Positions 55,331-64,000 of a stretch of 64,000 nucleotides of DNA are shown piece after piece. The notes below the pieces were generated by a model. The model was given only the letters and a program-made list of their open reading frames with translations, made no database searches and was not told the origin of the DNA. The DNA comes from an uncultured Candidatus Saccharibacteria bacterium (GTDB lineage Bacteria > Patescibacteriota > Saccharimonadia > Saccharimonadales > CAYUUR01). Where the stretch lies: the NCBI GenBank assembly GCA_964448075.1, contig CAYUUR010000003.1:69610-133609 (forward strand). Direction: 5' to 3'. Every line of letters begins with the position of its first letter. Within the stretch, counting starts at the first letter, position 1. The translations under genes and the position numbers were made by a program.

Positions 55331-55969
55331 TTAGTCGCGGTAATCAAGCGTAGTAGGCTCTAAACTACCGCCAAAAACGAACTGCGTAATCATCGTCTCA
55401 ACTTCAGAGGTGAGACTCTTGATATGTCCCTGCTCTTCACTGGTGAACTTACCTAAGACAAAATCAGCGCTGTCAGCGCGTGCTGAGAACTCGTTGGCAA
55501 TTCCTACCCTTATGCGCGTAAACTCGCCGTCTAGGTGCTGCTGAAGGGATTTGACGCCATTATTACCGGCACTACCGCCACCCGCGCGTACTCTAATCTG
55601 CCCAAATGGGATATCCAGCTCGTCGTGAACAACCAAAATGTCGTGCGTGTGGATCTTATAAAACTGCTGGGTACTAAAGGCGGCTTCTCCGCTGGCATTC
55701 ATAAATGTGGTCGGTTTGATGATGATAACGCGCGTGCCACCCAGTGTTTTGCTGGTCTGCTGACACTTCAGGTCTTTTTTGTTAACCCAGTCTGGGAATT
55801 CGTTTTTCTGCGCAAAGTGATCAACGCAGGCAAAGCCGATGTTGTGCCGCGTGCCCTCGTACTCCTGACCAATGTTGCCCAGCCCAACCACGAGCACGGT
55901 GCGCTCATGACTTAAGTTATAGATCGGAATGTCGGTATTGGTAGTAGGTTTGCGGACAAATAAAGCCAT
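55331..55969 (-). CDS. pth: Peptidyl-tRNA hydrolase
   Basis: 212 aa with the motifs VVGLGNIGQEYEGTRHNIGF, KPTTFMNASG and VVHDELD. It has an N-terminal extension of about 25 aa. Confidence 0.92.
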   Translation of the reverse strand: MALFVRKPTTNTDIPIYNLSHERTVLVVGLGNIGQEYEGTRHNIGFACVDHFAQKNEFPDWVNKKDLKCQQTSKTLGGTRVIIIKPTTFMNASGEAAFSTQQFYKIHTHDILVVHDELDIPFGQIRVRAGGGSAGNNGVKSLQQHLDGEFTRIRVGIANEFSARADSADFVLGKFTSEEQGHIKSLTSEVETMITQFVFGGSLEPTTLDYRD

Positions 55970-55987
55970 GGCTTTAGTGTATAGCTT

Positions 55988-56503
55988 TTAGAGGCTCGTT
56001 GCCAAGCGTTCATCCACGAGTGAGAACTCTAACGTGTCAAACCGTGTGGCGATTTGCTGGCGAGCGCTGAAGGTTTCTTCGGTCATAAATGATTCATCAG
56101 TAACCCCTGTCGTGCCATCTACTACGAGATGTACTACCTCTATGCCGTTGTCATGTTCACTGTTTCGGTAAGGGACCTTAAGGGCTACGGCTCCAAGCAC
56201 TGTTGTTATGCCCGATAGCTGCAGCATGCGACTCTCGTGCCCGATATTACGTGGGTGTCGTGGATTACGATACCAAGAGTGCCAGACAGAATATAAGGAT
56301 TCATCTGCTGACCAGCCAGCTGTGCCGTAGTCCACACTGCCATGTTCAATCTCAATCTGGTGACCAGTTAATTCTGCCCCTATAGCCGCAATCAGCTGCT
56401 CATTACTCTTCTGGTACTCCACCATAGACTCTTGTAGGTCAAAACGGCGGGACATGTTCGCATTACGTGCTCCCAATAGTTCACCGGACATACTATTAAA
56501 CAT
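55988..56503 (-). CDS. Hypothetical protein
   Basis: The ORF is open to 56776, but that part overlaps der. ATG 56503 is preceded by CAGGAG, giving 171 aa. Confidence 0.55.
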   Translation of the reverse strand: MFNSMSGELLGARNANMSRRFDLQESMVEYQKSNEQLIAAIGAELTGHQIEIEHGSVDYGTAGWSADESLYSVWHSWYRNPRHPRNIGHESRMLQLSGITTVLGAVALKVPYRNSEHDNGIEVVHLVVDGTTGVTDESFMTEETFSARQQIATRFDTLEFSLVDERLATSL

Positions 56504-56591
56504 ACTTGACTCCTGTTTGATGATCGTATTATTACTCCCCACAGAGCAATATGCAAGCTTGGACGGTTTAGCTAGAAGTAGCGTTGGGAAT

Positions 56592-57950
56592 CTAGTCTCG
56601 TTCGGGGCGAGTGCCGTGTTTGTGGGTGACGTGTTTTTCGATAAACCAGAATTTGATTGGCGTACCGTTGAAGCTGTATTGTTCGCGGAGTTGTCGTTCC
56701 ATAAATCGCTTGTATGACCAGTGTAGGAACTTGGTGTGAGCACCAAAGACTTTGAAGCTTGGGTTAGGGTTATCATCTTCTTGGACGATATAGTTCAGCT
56801 TTGGTGTGCGGTTCTTTAGCCCGGCAGGTGGGTGCATTTCTACGACGTTGCGGAGCCATCGGTTAAGCTCTGTCGTTTTGATGCGGCGTTGTCTTTCGTT
56901 GTCAATATCGAGTGCTAGGTCAAAGATCTTCGTGACGTTCTGGCCAGTAACACTACTGGTAAAGATGAGTGGCGCCCATGGCACAAAGACAAATTCGTGC
57001 TTGAGGCGAGCAGCTAGTTGATCACGACTGAATGGGTCCTTGTCTTCCAGGCTGTCCCATTTGCTTACGACGAGTATCATTCCCTTGCCTGATTCTTTGA
57101 TCATGCCGGCAATTTTTTGATCAAGAGCGGTGCCGAGTTCGTTGACGTCCATAAGCATGAGGCAGATGTCAGCCTGCTCAATTGCGCTGAGTGAACGTAT
57201 AACGCTGAAGCGCTCCACGCCCTTGCCTATCTTGCCGCTGCGGCGTATACCGGCGGTGTCGAGTATTTCAATTTCTCTTCCCTGATATTTGACGGTGGCA
57301 CGATTAATATCGCGCGTGGTGCCAGCAACGTCAGCAACAATGGCTTGCTGCTTCTTTGCTAAGGTGTTGAACAGATGTGATTTGCCGACGTTTGGTCGTC
57401 CGAGTAAGGCAATCCGCAGCCGGTTGTCGTCCTCTGGTTCACTGAGGTTCGGGATTTGCTCAACCAGTTCATCAAGCAGTTCACTGACGCCGCGGTTCTG
57501 TGAGGCACTGGTCATAAATATTGGCTTGATGCCAAGGCGCTGGAAGTCGAGGGCCTTGGCACGGTGTGCCTTGTCGGCTTTGTTAACGATCAAGAACACC
57601 GGCTTGCCGGTTTTGAGGGCAAGTTTGGCAACGCGGCGGTCTTCTTCGTTGATAGCTACATGGGCTTCTATAACAACCCAGATGATATCGGCGCTGTCAG
57701 CTGCCTGCAGAATCTGTTCCTGAATCGTAAATTCAAAGTCATCCTGTGGGTCTTTGATACCAGCGGTGTCGACCATCCAGAACTCACTACCCTCCCAGCG
57801 TGCTTTGGCGGTAATACTGTCACGTGTAGTACCTGGCTCATCAGCGACAATCACCTCACGGCGCCGCAAAACAGAGTTAAATAAACTCGATTTACCGACG
57901 TTAGCCCGGCCAACAATAGCCACAATAGGTAGTTTTCTACTCATTACCAA
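56592..57950 (-). CDS. der: Ribosome-associated GTPase Der (EngA)
   Basis: 452 aa. It has two G domains (GRANVGKSSLFN and GRPNVGKSHLFN) plus a KH-like C-terminus. Confidence 0.93.
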   Translation of the reverse strand: MVMSRKLPIVAIVGRANVGKSSLFNSVLRRREVIVADEPGTTRDSITAKARWEGSEFWMVDTAGIKDPQDDFEFTIQEQILQAADSADIIWVVIEAHVAINEEDRRVAKLALKTGKPVFLIVNKADKAHRAKALDFQRLGIKPIFMTSASQNRGVSELLDELVEQIPNLSEPEDDNRLRIALLGRPNVGKSHLFNTLAKKQQAIVADVAGTTRDINRATVKYQGREIEILDTAGIRRSGKIGKGVERFSVIRSLSAIEQADICLMLMDVNELGTALDQKIAGMIKESGKGMILVVSKWDSLEDKDPFSRDQLAARLKHEFVFVPWAPLIFTSSVTGQNVTKIFDLALDIDNERQRRIKTTELNRWLRNVVEMHPPAGLKNRTPKLNYIVQEDDNPNPSFKVFGAHTKFLHWSYKRFMERQLREQYSFNGTPIKFWFIEKHVTHKHGTRPERD

Positions 57951-58001
57951 TCATTATAACAGAGGTAACCGCTATTGACAAATAAACGATAACGTTACAA
58001 A

Positions 58002-58661
58002 TTAGACACTCGTTACTGCGCCTGGTTCTAGTTTTCCCAATTCATAAGGGCCAAAGTTGGTACGATGCAAGCTGACAATTCGGTAGCCGAGTGCTTCGAA
58101 GGTACGGCGAATTTGGCGGTTGCGACCTTCATGCATGATTACTTTCCACCTTGTTTTATGGGCATCCAGTGACTCTAAGCCAAGCGTACTTACGCCATCG
58201 TCAATAGTTACGCCATTTGTCGTAATGGTTACAAAATCAGCTTCGGTCAGAGGTTTGTGGAGTTTGACTTCATAGCGCTTTTCTTTTTGGTACTTGGGGT
58301 GTGTTAATTCTTGAGCGCGTTTGCCATCGTTAGTTAATAACAAGAGTCCGGAGGTGTCTTTGTCGAGCCTGCCGATGGGTTTAAGCGTGTGCAGGTCTTT
58401 AGGTAGTAGGTCATAGATCGTTCTGCCGCCCTGCCCATCGCGCGAGCATATGTATCCGGCCGGTTTATTGAGCATGATCGTAGTAAAGCTGGCCGGAAGT
58501 TGTAGCTCTCGGCCATTAAGCATGACTGTATCTGTTGTGCCAACATCAACACCGGTCGCTGCGGGGATGCCGTTGACTGTAACTTTGCCCTGCAGCAGCA
58601 CGCGGTCAGCCGCCCGACGTGAGATACCGGTAGCTTGAGCAAGGTATTTATTAATGCGCAT
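58002..58661 (-). CDS. RsuA/RluB-family pseudouridine synthase with an S4 domain
   Basis: 219 aa. It has an S4 N-terminus (MRINKYLAQATGISRRAADRVLLQGKVTVNG) and the catalytic motif GRLDKDTSGLLLLTNDG. Confidence 0.85.
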   Translation of the reverse strand: MRINKYLAQATGISRRAADRVLLQGKVTVNGIPAATGVDVGTTDTVMLNGRELQLPASFTTIMLNKPAGYICSRDGQGGRTIYDLLPKDLHTLKPIGRLDKDTSGLLLLTNDGKRAQELTHPKYQKEKRYEVKLHKPLTEADFVTITTNGVTIDDGVSTLGLESLDAHKTRWKVIMHEGRNRQIRRTFEALGYRIVSLHRTNFGPYELGKLEPGAVTSV

Positions 58662-58676
58662 ACTAGCTATAGCGTA

Positions 58677-59897
58677 CTACAGCGCAATGTTATCTGGGTC
58701 AATTTTCTGACCTGGTTGGTGCGGCGGCTGTGCAATATCGGTGGCTTTTTCCTCTGGTACGCTGCCGGTTGGTGCGGCGTCAGTCGGTGGTGGGGTCGCA
58801 TAACTTAACGTTCCGTCAGGACTAATTACTGTATTAACGGACGGAACTGGTGTCGTTGTGTCAGCCGGCTTACTCTCTTCTTTGGCTAGTAAGGCATCGA
58901 GGTCTGGCCCGGGGCTAGAAAGATCGTTAATAGGGCTGATGACTTTTTTCTGTCCAGATGGTGTAGCGAGTTGCGGTTGTTCTGGTGCAGCCGGTTCATC
59001 TGCGCTGGTGACAGGAATTTGCGTTGGTGCAGTTGATGGAGTTGGTGCAGGTGTATTGGCGTTGTTTTTGACTTGCTCAGCAGTGCTGATAAAGTCACGT
59101 ATTTGGTCCTCTACGTTGGCAGCTGGCACTGCTGGGTCGACAGGTGCTGCGGCGGGTGTTGGAGTGACAGGTTGGTCAGGGTCGTCAGTGGAGCCAGTGT
59201 CAGGTGCATCAGCAGGTTCAGTTGTAGGTTCTGGCGTAGTCGGCACGGGCGACTCTGCTACGTCTGGCGTCTCCGTGACTGGCAAAACAGGTTCAGCTGC
59301 TTGCGTTTCAGTTTCGACTGCTTCGGGTGTTGGTTCGGCGACAACACTCGTTTCGTCAGTGGCTACAGGAGCCTCACTTACAGGTTCTTCAACGGCTGGT
59401 TGTGGGGTTGTGGTATCATCGGCGTCATCACTTGGCGGAGTTGCCATTGTCATGGTGCTGTCAGTGGCTGTTGCGGGATTAGGCGTAGTGCCTGCGGCTG
59501 CAGAGGCAATAGAATCAGCCTGACTTTCAGCCTGACCGAGCAGCTCCTTAGTCACTCGGACAACGTCTTCAAGCGTTACTTGTGACTTAACGAGGTAGCG
59601 GTCGGCACCCAGTTTATCAGCGCGCTCTTTGTCCTCGATCTGGCTAAGAGCCGTCATCATGATAACCTTCGTGTCCTTTGTCTCAGGGGTACTGCGCAAG
59701 ATGTCCAACATGTCAAAGCCACTAATTTTGGGCATCATAATGTCAGATATAATCAGATCCGGTTGCTCTTTGACGGCCAGCGCCAGTGCTTCTTCCCCGT
59801 CATGGGCAGAAACAATCTCGTAGCCTTCAGCAGCGAGTCGGGCTTCGTAAATCTCCCGTAGGTTATTGTCGTCTTCGACGAGCATTACTTTTGCCAT
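58677..59897 (-). CDS. Response regulator receiver domain fused to a ~285-aa Pro/Thr/Ala/Glu-rich low-complexity tail
   Basis: 406 aa. The receiver has VMLVEDDNN, LIISDIMMP, MMTALS and YLVKS. From about residue 121 the sequence is PT-rich and apparently disordered, with no recognisable DNA-binding or enzymatic output domain. Confidence 0.8.
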   Translation of the reverse strand: MAKVMLVEDDNNLREIYEARLAAEGYEIVSAHDGEEALALAVKEQPDLIISDIMMPKISGFDMLDILRSTPETKDTKVIMMTALSQIEDKERADKLGADRYLVKSQVTLEDVVRVTKELLGQAESQADSIASAAAGTTPNPATATDSTMTMATPPSDDADDTTTPQPAVEEPVSEAPVATDETSVVAEPTPEAVETETQAAEPVLPVTETPDVAESPVPTTPEPTTEPADAPDTGSTDDPDQPVTPTPAAAPVDPAVPAANVEDQIRDFISTAEQVKNNANTPAPTPSTAPTQIPVTSADEPAAPEQPQLATPSGQKKVISPINDLSSPGPDLDALLAKEESKPADTTTPVPSVNTVISPDGTLSYATPPPTDAAPTGSVPEEKATDIAQPPHQPGQKIDPDNIAL

Positions 59898-59940
59898 AGT
59901 TTATTCCTTTTTAGTCCTTATGCTTTCATCTTAAATTGTA

Positions 59941-61275
59941 TCATGAACTACTCCCCAGCGTGTCGACTGATCGCAGAGGTGACGGATTAGGTTGCGCTTG
60001 CTGCAACTCTGCAGCCTTTTGGGCGGTAATGCGGGGTAAGTTTATATAGAAGGTGCTGCCCTTTTCTACGACACTTTCAACCCAGATGCGACCTTCGTAC
60101 GATTCAACAATTTTCCGGGAAATAAACAACCCAAGGCCAGTGCCGCCAATTGTACGAGTGGCCGTGTTGTCGACGCGGTAGAATTTCTGGAACAAGTGCG
60201 AAATGTCTTCGGCCGGAATGCCCGGGCCCGTGTCGCGGACGTACATTTGCACGACGTTATTGTCGCCTGTCAGACCAATCGACACTTTACCTGCCTCGGT
60301 GTACTTGACGGCGTTATCAAAGAGATTGGTGACGACTTCACGAAGGCGGTCTGGATCTGCGTAGACGTAGTAGAACGGTCTGACAACTTTGTTGCCGCCT
60401 TCTGTTTGTGTCGCATCAATTACCGCCTCTTTGGCGCCCACAACAAACTCCATAGCAAGACCTTTTTTTTCTGCAGTGAAGCGTAAGTCCTCGGTGAGTT
60501 TCTCTAGGAATTCACCCATCTCAATAACCTTTGGATGGCTAATGAGCCGCCCATCCTCAGCTTTTGCACTCGTGAGGAGATCTTGGAAGAGTTGACCAAG
60601 GTGCTGGGTTGAGGCGTGTGCTTTCTCAAGGTAGCCGCGTGCCTTGCTGTCGATTGTGCTCACTTTTTCGTTGAGTGCTAGCGCTAGATAGCCTTCTATA
60701 GCAGCCACGGGGGTGCGCATCTCATGGCTGGCCGTACTTATAAACTCTGCTCGGCGCTGTTCTTCTTGTCGTTCTTGACTAACATTTCGTAGGATTGCTA
60801 CAAGCCCCGTGACGTTGTCAGTGTCGTCGAACAGTGGCGACACGCTGACATTGACAGCGATGTGTTTTTCGGTTTGTGTAATTAAATTTGCTGTATTGTC
60901 CTTAACAAGATTTTTCTGCTCAAACGCAAGAGCAAAGGGATGGAGCGAATCTTCGTACTCTTCGTTCTTGGCGTTGGCTACACGCACGACCGAACGGTAA
61001 TCAAGCCCGAGGGCTTCGTTTGCCTTCCACCCCGTGAGTGCCGCCGCCGCTGGGTTAAACAGTTGGATGAGGTGATCGGCGTCAACCAATATGACCGCGT
61101 CTTCGATGGCGTTGATAATAATATCTGATTTGAGCTTTTCGTCGCGCAAATTCGTGGCAAGTACAGTGACGTGACTAGTTTTGCGATGTCGTCGTGCTGT
61201 TACAAATGCAAATACTGCGGCGCCCACCCCCGTTATTACAATGCCCATAATCGCGATAAGAAAAACTGTATTCAT
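59941..61275 (-). CDS. Sensor histidine kinase (TM + PAS-like + HisKA + HATPase_c)
   Basis: 444 aa with an N-terminal TM segment, the H-box STASHEMRTPVAAIEGY, N-box NLFDNAVKY, G1 DTGPGI and G2 GGTGLGLFIS. Confidence 0.9.
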   Translation of the reverse strand: MNTVFLIAIMGIVITGVGAAVFAFVTARRHRKTSHVTVLATNLRDEKLKSDIIINAIEDAVILVDADHLIQLFNPAAAALTGWKANEALGLDYRSVVRVANAKNEEYEDSLHPFALAFEQKNLVKDNTANLITQTEKHIAVNVSVSPLFDDTDNVTGLVAILRNVSQERQEEQRRAEFISTASHEMRTPVAAIEGYLALALNEKVSTIDSKARGYLEKAHASTQHLGQLFQDLLTSAKAEDGRLISHPKVIEMGEFLEKLTEDLRFTAEKKGLAMEFVVGAKEAVIDATQTEGGNKVVRPFYYVYADPDRLREVVTNLFDNAVKYTEAGKVSIGLTGDNNVVQMYVRDTGPGIPAEDISHLFQKFYRVDNTATRTIGGTGLGLFISRKIVESYEGRIWVESVVEKGSTFYINLPRITAQKAAELQQAQPNPSPLRSVDTLGSSS

Positions 61276-61385
61276 GCTGCTAATGGTTTCTCTACAGTAT
61301 TATACCCGTTCTTGTGCTGACATGATACCTCTGGACTGCCCTCTGTTAATATGCTATTGTTATTTCGTTTTATTGCCGTAGCTAC

Positions 61386-61460
61386 GGCCTCTTCGTCTAA
61401 CGGTTAGGACACCAGGTTCTCATCCTGGCAATAGGGGTTCGATTCCCCTAGAGGTCACCA
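61386..61460 (+). tRNA. tRNA-Glu (anticodon CTC), with CCA encoded
   Basis: It folds as a cloverleaf. The acceptor stem pairs GGCCTCT with AGAGGTC and the D arm is GTCT-AACGGTT-AGGA. The anticodon arm is CCAGG-TTCTCAT-CCTGG and the T arm is AGGGG-TTCGATT-CCCCT, followed by A-CCA. Confidence 0.9.
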
Positions 61461-61469
61461 AATAAAGTG

Positions 61470-61497
61470 CCCCAGCTTGTCTGGGGTATTTTATTTG
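61470..61497 (+). terminator. Rho-independent terminator after the tRNA
   Basis: CCCCAG-cttgt-CTGGGG followed by TATTTTATTT. Confidence 0.7.
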
Positions 61498-61599
61498 GTG
61501 GTTTCGAGTAGCGAAACGAATCGAACCTAGGTTCGCTCATGACGAGCACGCGCAGAAGCTTGCTTCGAGCATGTGAGGAAATGGTTGCTTTAGCAACAG

Positions 61600-61617
61600 T
61601 CCCCTAGAGCTCACCAA
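61600..61617 (+). repeat. Duplicate of the tRNA-Glu 3' end (T-stem 3' half plus acceptor)
   Basis: TCCCCTAGAGCTCACCAA matches TCCCCTAGAGGTCACCAA (61444-61461) at 17 of 18 positions. Confidence 0.6.
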
Positions 61618-61797
61618 TGAACTCCTGCGATCTAGTTTGCCTGAGCAAGCCTAGGTCGTTTTTGTTTATGTGGATGAAGCTGAATTTGGTTTGTAGATTG
61701 TGTTGGTTGATGTAGTTTTGAGTGTGATACATGGTCCAGTTGCAAAAGCTATGGGTTGGTTTTTTGGCGAGCGGAAAGATGCCAGGAGTGTGGAGTT

Positions 61798-62034
61798 CTA
61801 GTCGTTCTGCCCGCCCCGAATTACCATACCGTGATTGAATCTATTGATGGTGATTGGTTCTTCTCGCGAGGGGCCATCAGTTGAGGCCACTCCTAAGACA
61901 CTATCCGTCTGATGGTCGAGTAGCTTCTCGAATGCTGTCCAGTCTTGCTTAAACTTTGAAAATACAAACACTTCACTAAAATATTCTTCAAGTTCGGTAA
62001 TATATGGAAAAGTCCTGAAAGTGTATACCAACAT
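61798..62034 (-). CDS. Small hypothetical ORF (possibly a gene fragment)
   Basis: 78 aa with no motif. It is isolated between the tRNA-associated repeat and a divergent orphan gene. Confidence 0.35.
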   Translation of the reverse strand: MLVYTFRTFPYITELEEYFSEVFVFSKFKQDWTAFEKLLDHQTDSVLGVASTDGPSREEPITINRFNHGMVIRGGQND

Positions 62035-62139
62035 ATTTGTAGTGTATCGTACGCCGACATATTCGTTGTAATCCTGTCAAAAATAGCCAAAAGTTAAGAC
62101 ATATGATGTAGGATGAATATATATAGTTTAGGAGGCTCT

Positions 62140-62889
62140 ATGTCAGTAGAAATTACCAATATCACGCAGGCAGATGAGCTTGCACAGCGAGTAGGCGTGG
62201 CACGGTTTGAAACAGTTGATACCAGAGATCCTGTTTTGTGCGCTCGTCTTGGAGGTGGGTTGCTGCGATTCGCACAGGCGGCATTTCCTGAGAACGACTT
62301 TGAAGAAATCTTTGCGCAGAAGTATGCACGCCAGGATGGTTTCGATGCGCATTTTGATGTGTATGCGGATTACATAAGCACTCCCTACCTTGCTGTATAT
62401 GCGTTGAGCGGAACGGCATATTTTAAAGCAACGCGAATTCCAAAGACCTTGACGGATCAGTACTACGCCGACCATAAAATTGTATCGGTCGAAGCACACG
62501 CCGCGCGTCGTAGCTATGCAGATATTGCGTTTGCACGTCCTGAGGCACACGTAGTCACCAGCCATTTTAATCCTGGGGATGGCATTATTATTCCTCAGGT
62601 AACCGGAGAAGATGTAGCCCATCAAGTTACCCCTATCTCGACAAACGGAGAGTTTATAAAATTGCTTGTTCCGAATTCGGACGAAGAGAGTAAATCTGTG
62701 GTGGCTGATGCAGGTTTTGTAGCCCTCGATGAGTTGGTAACAAGGTCACTTGCAGGCGCAAGAGCGACCGCTACACCACTCGTGTTAAACCCTGAAAAAG
62801 GGTCTGACACATCTGGAGAAACAGTACATGATACAGTGGTAAGTAGGTCACGTGAATTGCGAAGACGCGGCCGCGGCCTTATTGATTAG
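62140..62889 (+). CDS. Hypothetical protein
   Basis: ATG 62140 is preceded by TAGGAGG, giving 249 aa. The ORF track starts this frame at 62113. Confidence 0.55.
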   Translation: MSVEITNITQADELAQRVGVARFETVDTRDPVLCARLGGGLLRFAQAAFPENDFEEIFAQKYARQDGFDAHFDVYADYISTPYLAVYALSGTAYFKATRIPKTLTDQYYADHKIVSVEAHAARRSYADIAFARPEAHVVTSHFNPGDGIIIPQVTGEDVAHQVTPISTNGEFIKLLVPNSDEESKSVVADAGFVALDELVTRSLAGARATATPLVLNPEKGSDTSGETVHDTVVSRSRELRRRGRGLID

Positions 62890-62937
62890 GCATGTATTAG
62901 CATGCAAGTAGTGTAGTGCAAATTGCCCGGCACTGGA

Positions 62938-63369
62938 CTAATGGTGATATGGGTGGCCGGCGTTGATGGTGCTGGAGCGGTAGAGTGTCTCTAGTAAGAC
63001 AACCATTGCGAGGTCATGTGGAAATGTGAGCGCAGACATACTCCACTGTGCATCACACGCAGTTATGACTTCATTTGGTAATCCATCTGGCCCGCCGATG
63101 ATAAAACTTACTTCTCTACCCTCTTGGGCTCGTTTGTTGAGAAAATCTGCCAGTGCCATGCTGCTCATCTGCGGCGCATTTATAACCAGCGCGACTCTGT
63201 AGGTTTGCGCAGTGACGCCCAGAATATGGTTCGCGTCGTAAGCTCGTTTGTCTGGGATTTGGCTCACTCGTACGTCGTGTAGTCTCTTGAGTCGCTTTAG
63301 ATACTCAGTCCAACCCTGTTTTGCATAAGCAAGCTTGGGCTTCCCGACGGTGACAATATGCAACTTCAT
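62938..63369 (-). CDS. rlmH: 23S rRNA (pseudouridine1915-N3)-methyltransferase
   Basis: 143 aa of SPOUT type, with MKLHIVTVGKPK...FIIGGPDGL...LSMSALTFPHDLAMVVLLETLYRS. Confidence 0.9.
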   Translation of the reverse strand: MKLHIVTVGKPKLAYAKQGWTEYLKRLKRLHDVRVSQIPDKRAYDANHILGVTAQTYRVALVINAPQMSSMALADFLNKRAQEGREVSFIIGGPDGLPNEVITACDAQWSMSALTFPHDLAMVVLLETLYRSSTINAGHPYHH

Positions 63370-64000
63370 GCTTTTAGTATACGTGCTTCTGGTAATTCGT
63401 CCCAGCGGGTCGTCCAGCGCGGTAGTTGAATCTTACGGATGGGTTGCCAACTATTACCGAGGTCTTCGGCCGCTAAGTACACGGTACGCTTGCCGTAGCG
63501 TTGGTTCAGTTGGTCGAGGGCTTGCATTCGCTGCGTGCTGGCGTCGTGGTCGCCGGGTTTGACGGTGCCGAGCAGGTCTATCTGTAGAGATTTTTCGGGG
63601 ATGAAGTCGTGCAACAACACCCCTGCCCGATGGTATGAGTAGTTAGGGTTAAACTGACGGGTTAATTCCTCAACCAAGATACTGGTAATCAAGCCGGTGT
63701 CGGCGGTTGGAAACGGCAGGTTAATGTCACGGCTGACTGCTCGATAGCCCGGTTTAAAGCGACTAGTAGTCATAAAAAAACTAGCTTTGCGGGCGAGCTG
63801 GTGGCTGGCACGCAGGCGCTGGGTGGTTTTGGCGGCAAAGGTAGCGATGGCACCTTCTAGGACGTGCAGCTGATTAGTGTCTTCGCCAAACGTACGGGTG
63901 TTGGCAATGCTCTGCGCAGGCTTGCCTTCGCGGACCAGCGGCAAACAGGCCGTGCCATTGAGCTCCATGACCATTTGTCGACCATGAATGCCCATCCAGC
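63366..64000 (-). CDS. umuC: Y-family DNA polymerase, UmuC-like, C-terminal part (5' end lies outside the window)
   Basis: It has little-finger-region motifs and the C-terminal PRWTTRWDELP typical of UmuC. An ATGA overlap links it to rlmH. The frame is open to the window edge. Confidence 0.65.
   Translation of the reverse strand, partial: WMGIHGRQMVMELNGTACLPLVREGKPAQSIANTRTFGEDTNQLHVLEGAIATFAAKTTQRLRASHQLARKASFFMTTSRFKPGYRAVSRDINLPFPTADTGLITSILVEELTRQFNPNYSYHRAGVLLHDFIPEKSLQIDLLGTVKPGDHDASTQRMQALDQLNQRYGKRTVYLAAEDLGNSWQPIRKIQLPRWTTRWDELPEARILKA

Noticed and set aside
58858-59585. Long plus-strand ORFs (221 aa and 170 aa) antisense to the response-regulator tail
   Set aside because: They are artefacts of the biased Pro/Thr/Ala codon composition of the minus-strand gene. 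Their products are low-complexity Gly/Ser/Ala/Val or Cys/Arg/Trp strings with no start context.
61496-61575. A second tRNA on the minus strand, suggested by TGGTGG and GAATCGAACC (reverse complements of CCACCA and a T-loop)
   Set aside because: The 75-nt segment does not fold. The acceptor and T stems are not complementary and there is no anticodon arm. It is treated as part of the tRNA-associated scar.
1-64000. CRISPR arrays, transposases or IS elements, integrases, reverse transcriptases, toxin-antitoxin pairs and known defence-system genes
   Set aside because: I looked for tandem repeat-spacer periodicity, DDE/HUH/tyrosine-recombinase motifs and small overlapping gene pairs. None was seen. 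The only repeat structures are the two att-like duplications reported above.

Overview
This window is a compact, mostly housekeeping stretch of a small bacterial genome. The gene content suggests a Saccharibacteria/Patescibacteria-like (CPR) organism: many acidic lineage-specific hypotheticals, no biosynthetic operons, a reduced dcw cluster and a sortase-type surface protein. That placement is inference only.

Recognisable genes, in order:
- secA (5' truncated), an M16 peptidase and prfB, which is one ORF with no +1 frameshift.
- A division-hydrolase module: ftsE, ftsX, a coiled-coil CHAP hydrolase and an S41 protease.
- pyrG, rpmA, and xseA/xseB, which are split by two inserted ORFs.
- recO, glyQS, Nudix, CYTH, a PIF1-like helicase, SanA-like, a TyrA-like dehydrogenase, NYN, a minimal K+ channel, a PIG-L deacetylase, AlkD-like and a GH1 glycosidase.
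- A reduced dcw cluster: mraZ-rsmH-ftsL-ftsI-mraY-ftsW-murG-ftsQ.
- A sigma region-4/HARE-HTH protein, topA, dprA, pth, der, an RsuA/RluB-type pseudouridine synthase, a histidine kinase/response regulator pair, tRNA-Glu(CUC), rlmH and a 5'-truncated UmuC-like polymerase.

I saw no CRISPR array, cas genes, transposase, integrase or reverse transcriptase, and no recognisable defence or secretion system.

The unexplained material is non-coding or lineage-specific:
1. A promoter- and terminator-bounded, highly structured locus of about 360-470 nt with no ORF, between dprA and pth.
2. A roughly 650-nt structured gap between the S41 protease gene and pyrG.
3. A 640-nt AT-rich gap after ftsQ, flanked by 17-nt direct repeats.
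4. A near-identical 29-nt promoter cassette in front of four orphan genes.
5. A histidine-kinase-like protein whose phospho-His is replaced by Glu, paired with an intact receiver.
6. Phased GTGGGT repeats, likely MraZ boxes, on the mraZ promoter.
7. Many genes whose ATG sits 6-9 nt after a TGnTAnAAT box, which suggests leaderless mRNAs.

All calls rest on reading the translations and the DNA by eye. No database search or folding program was run.
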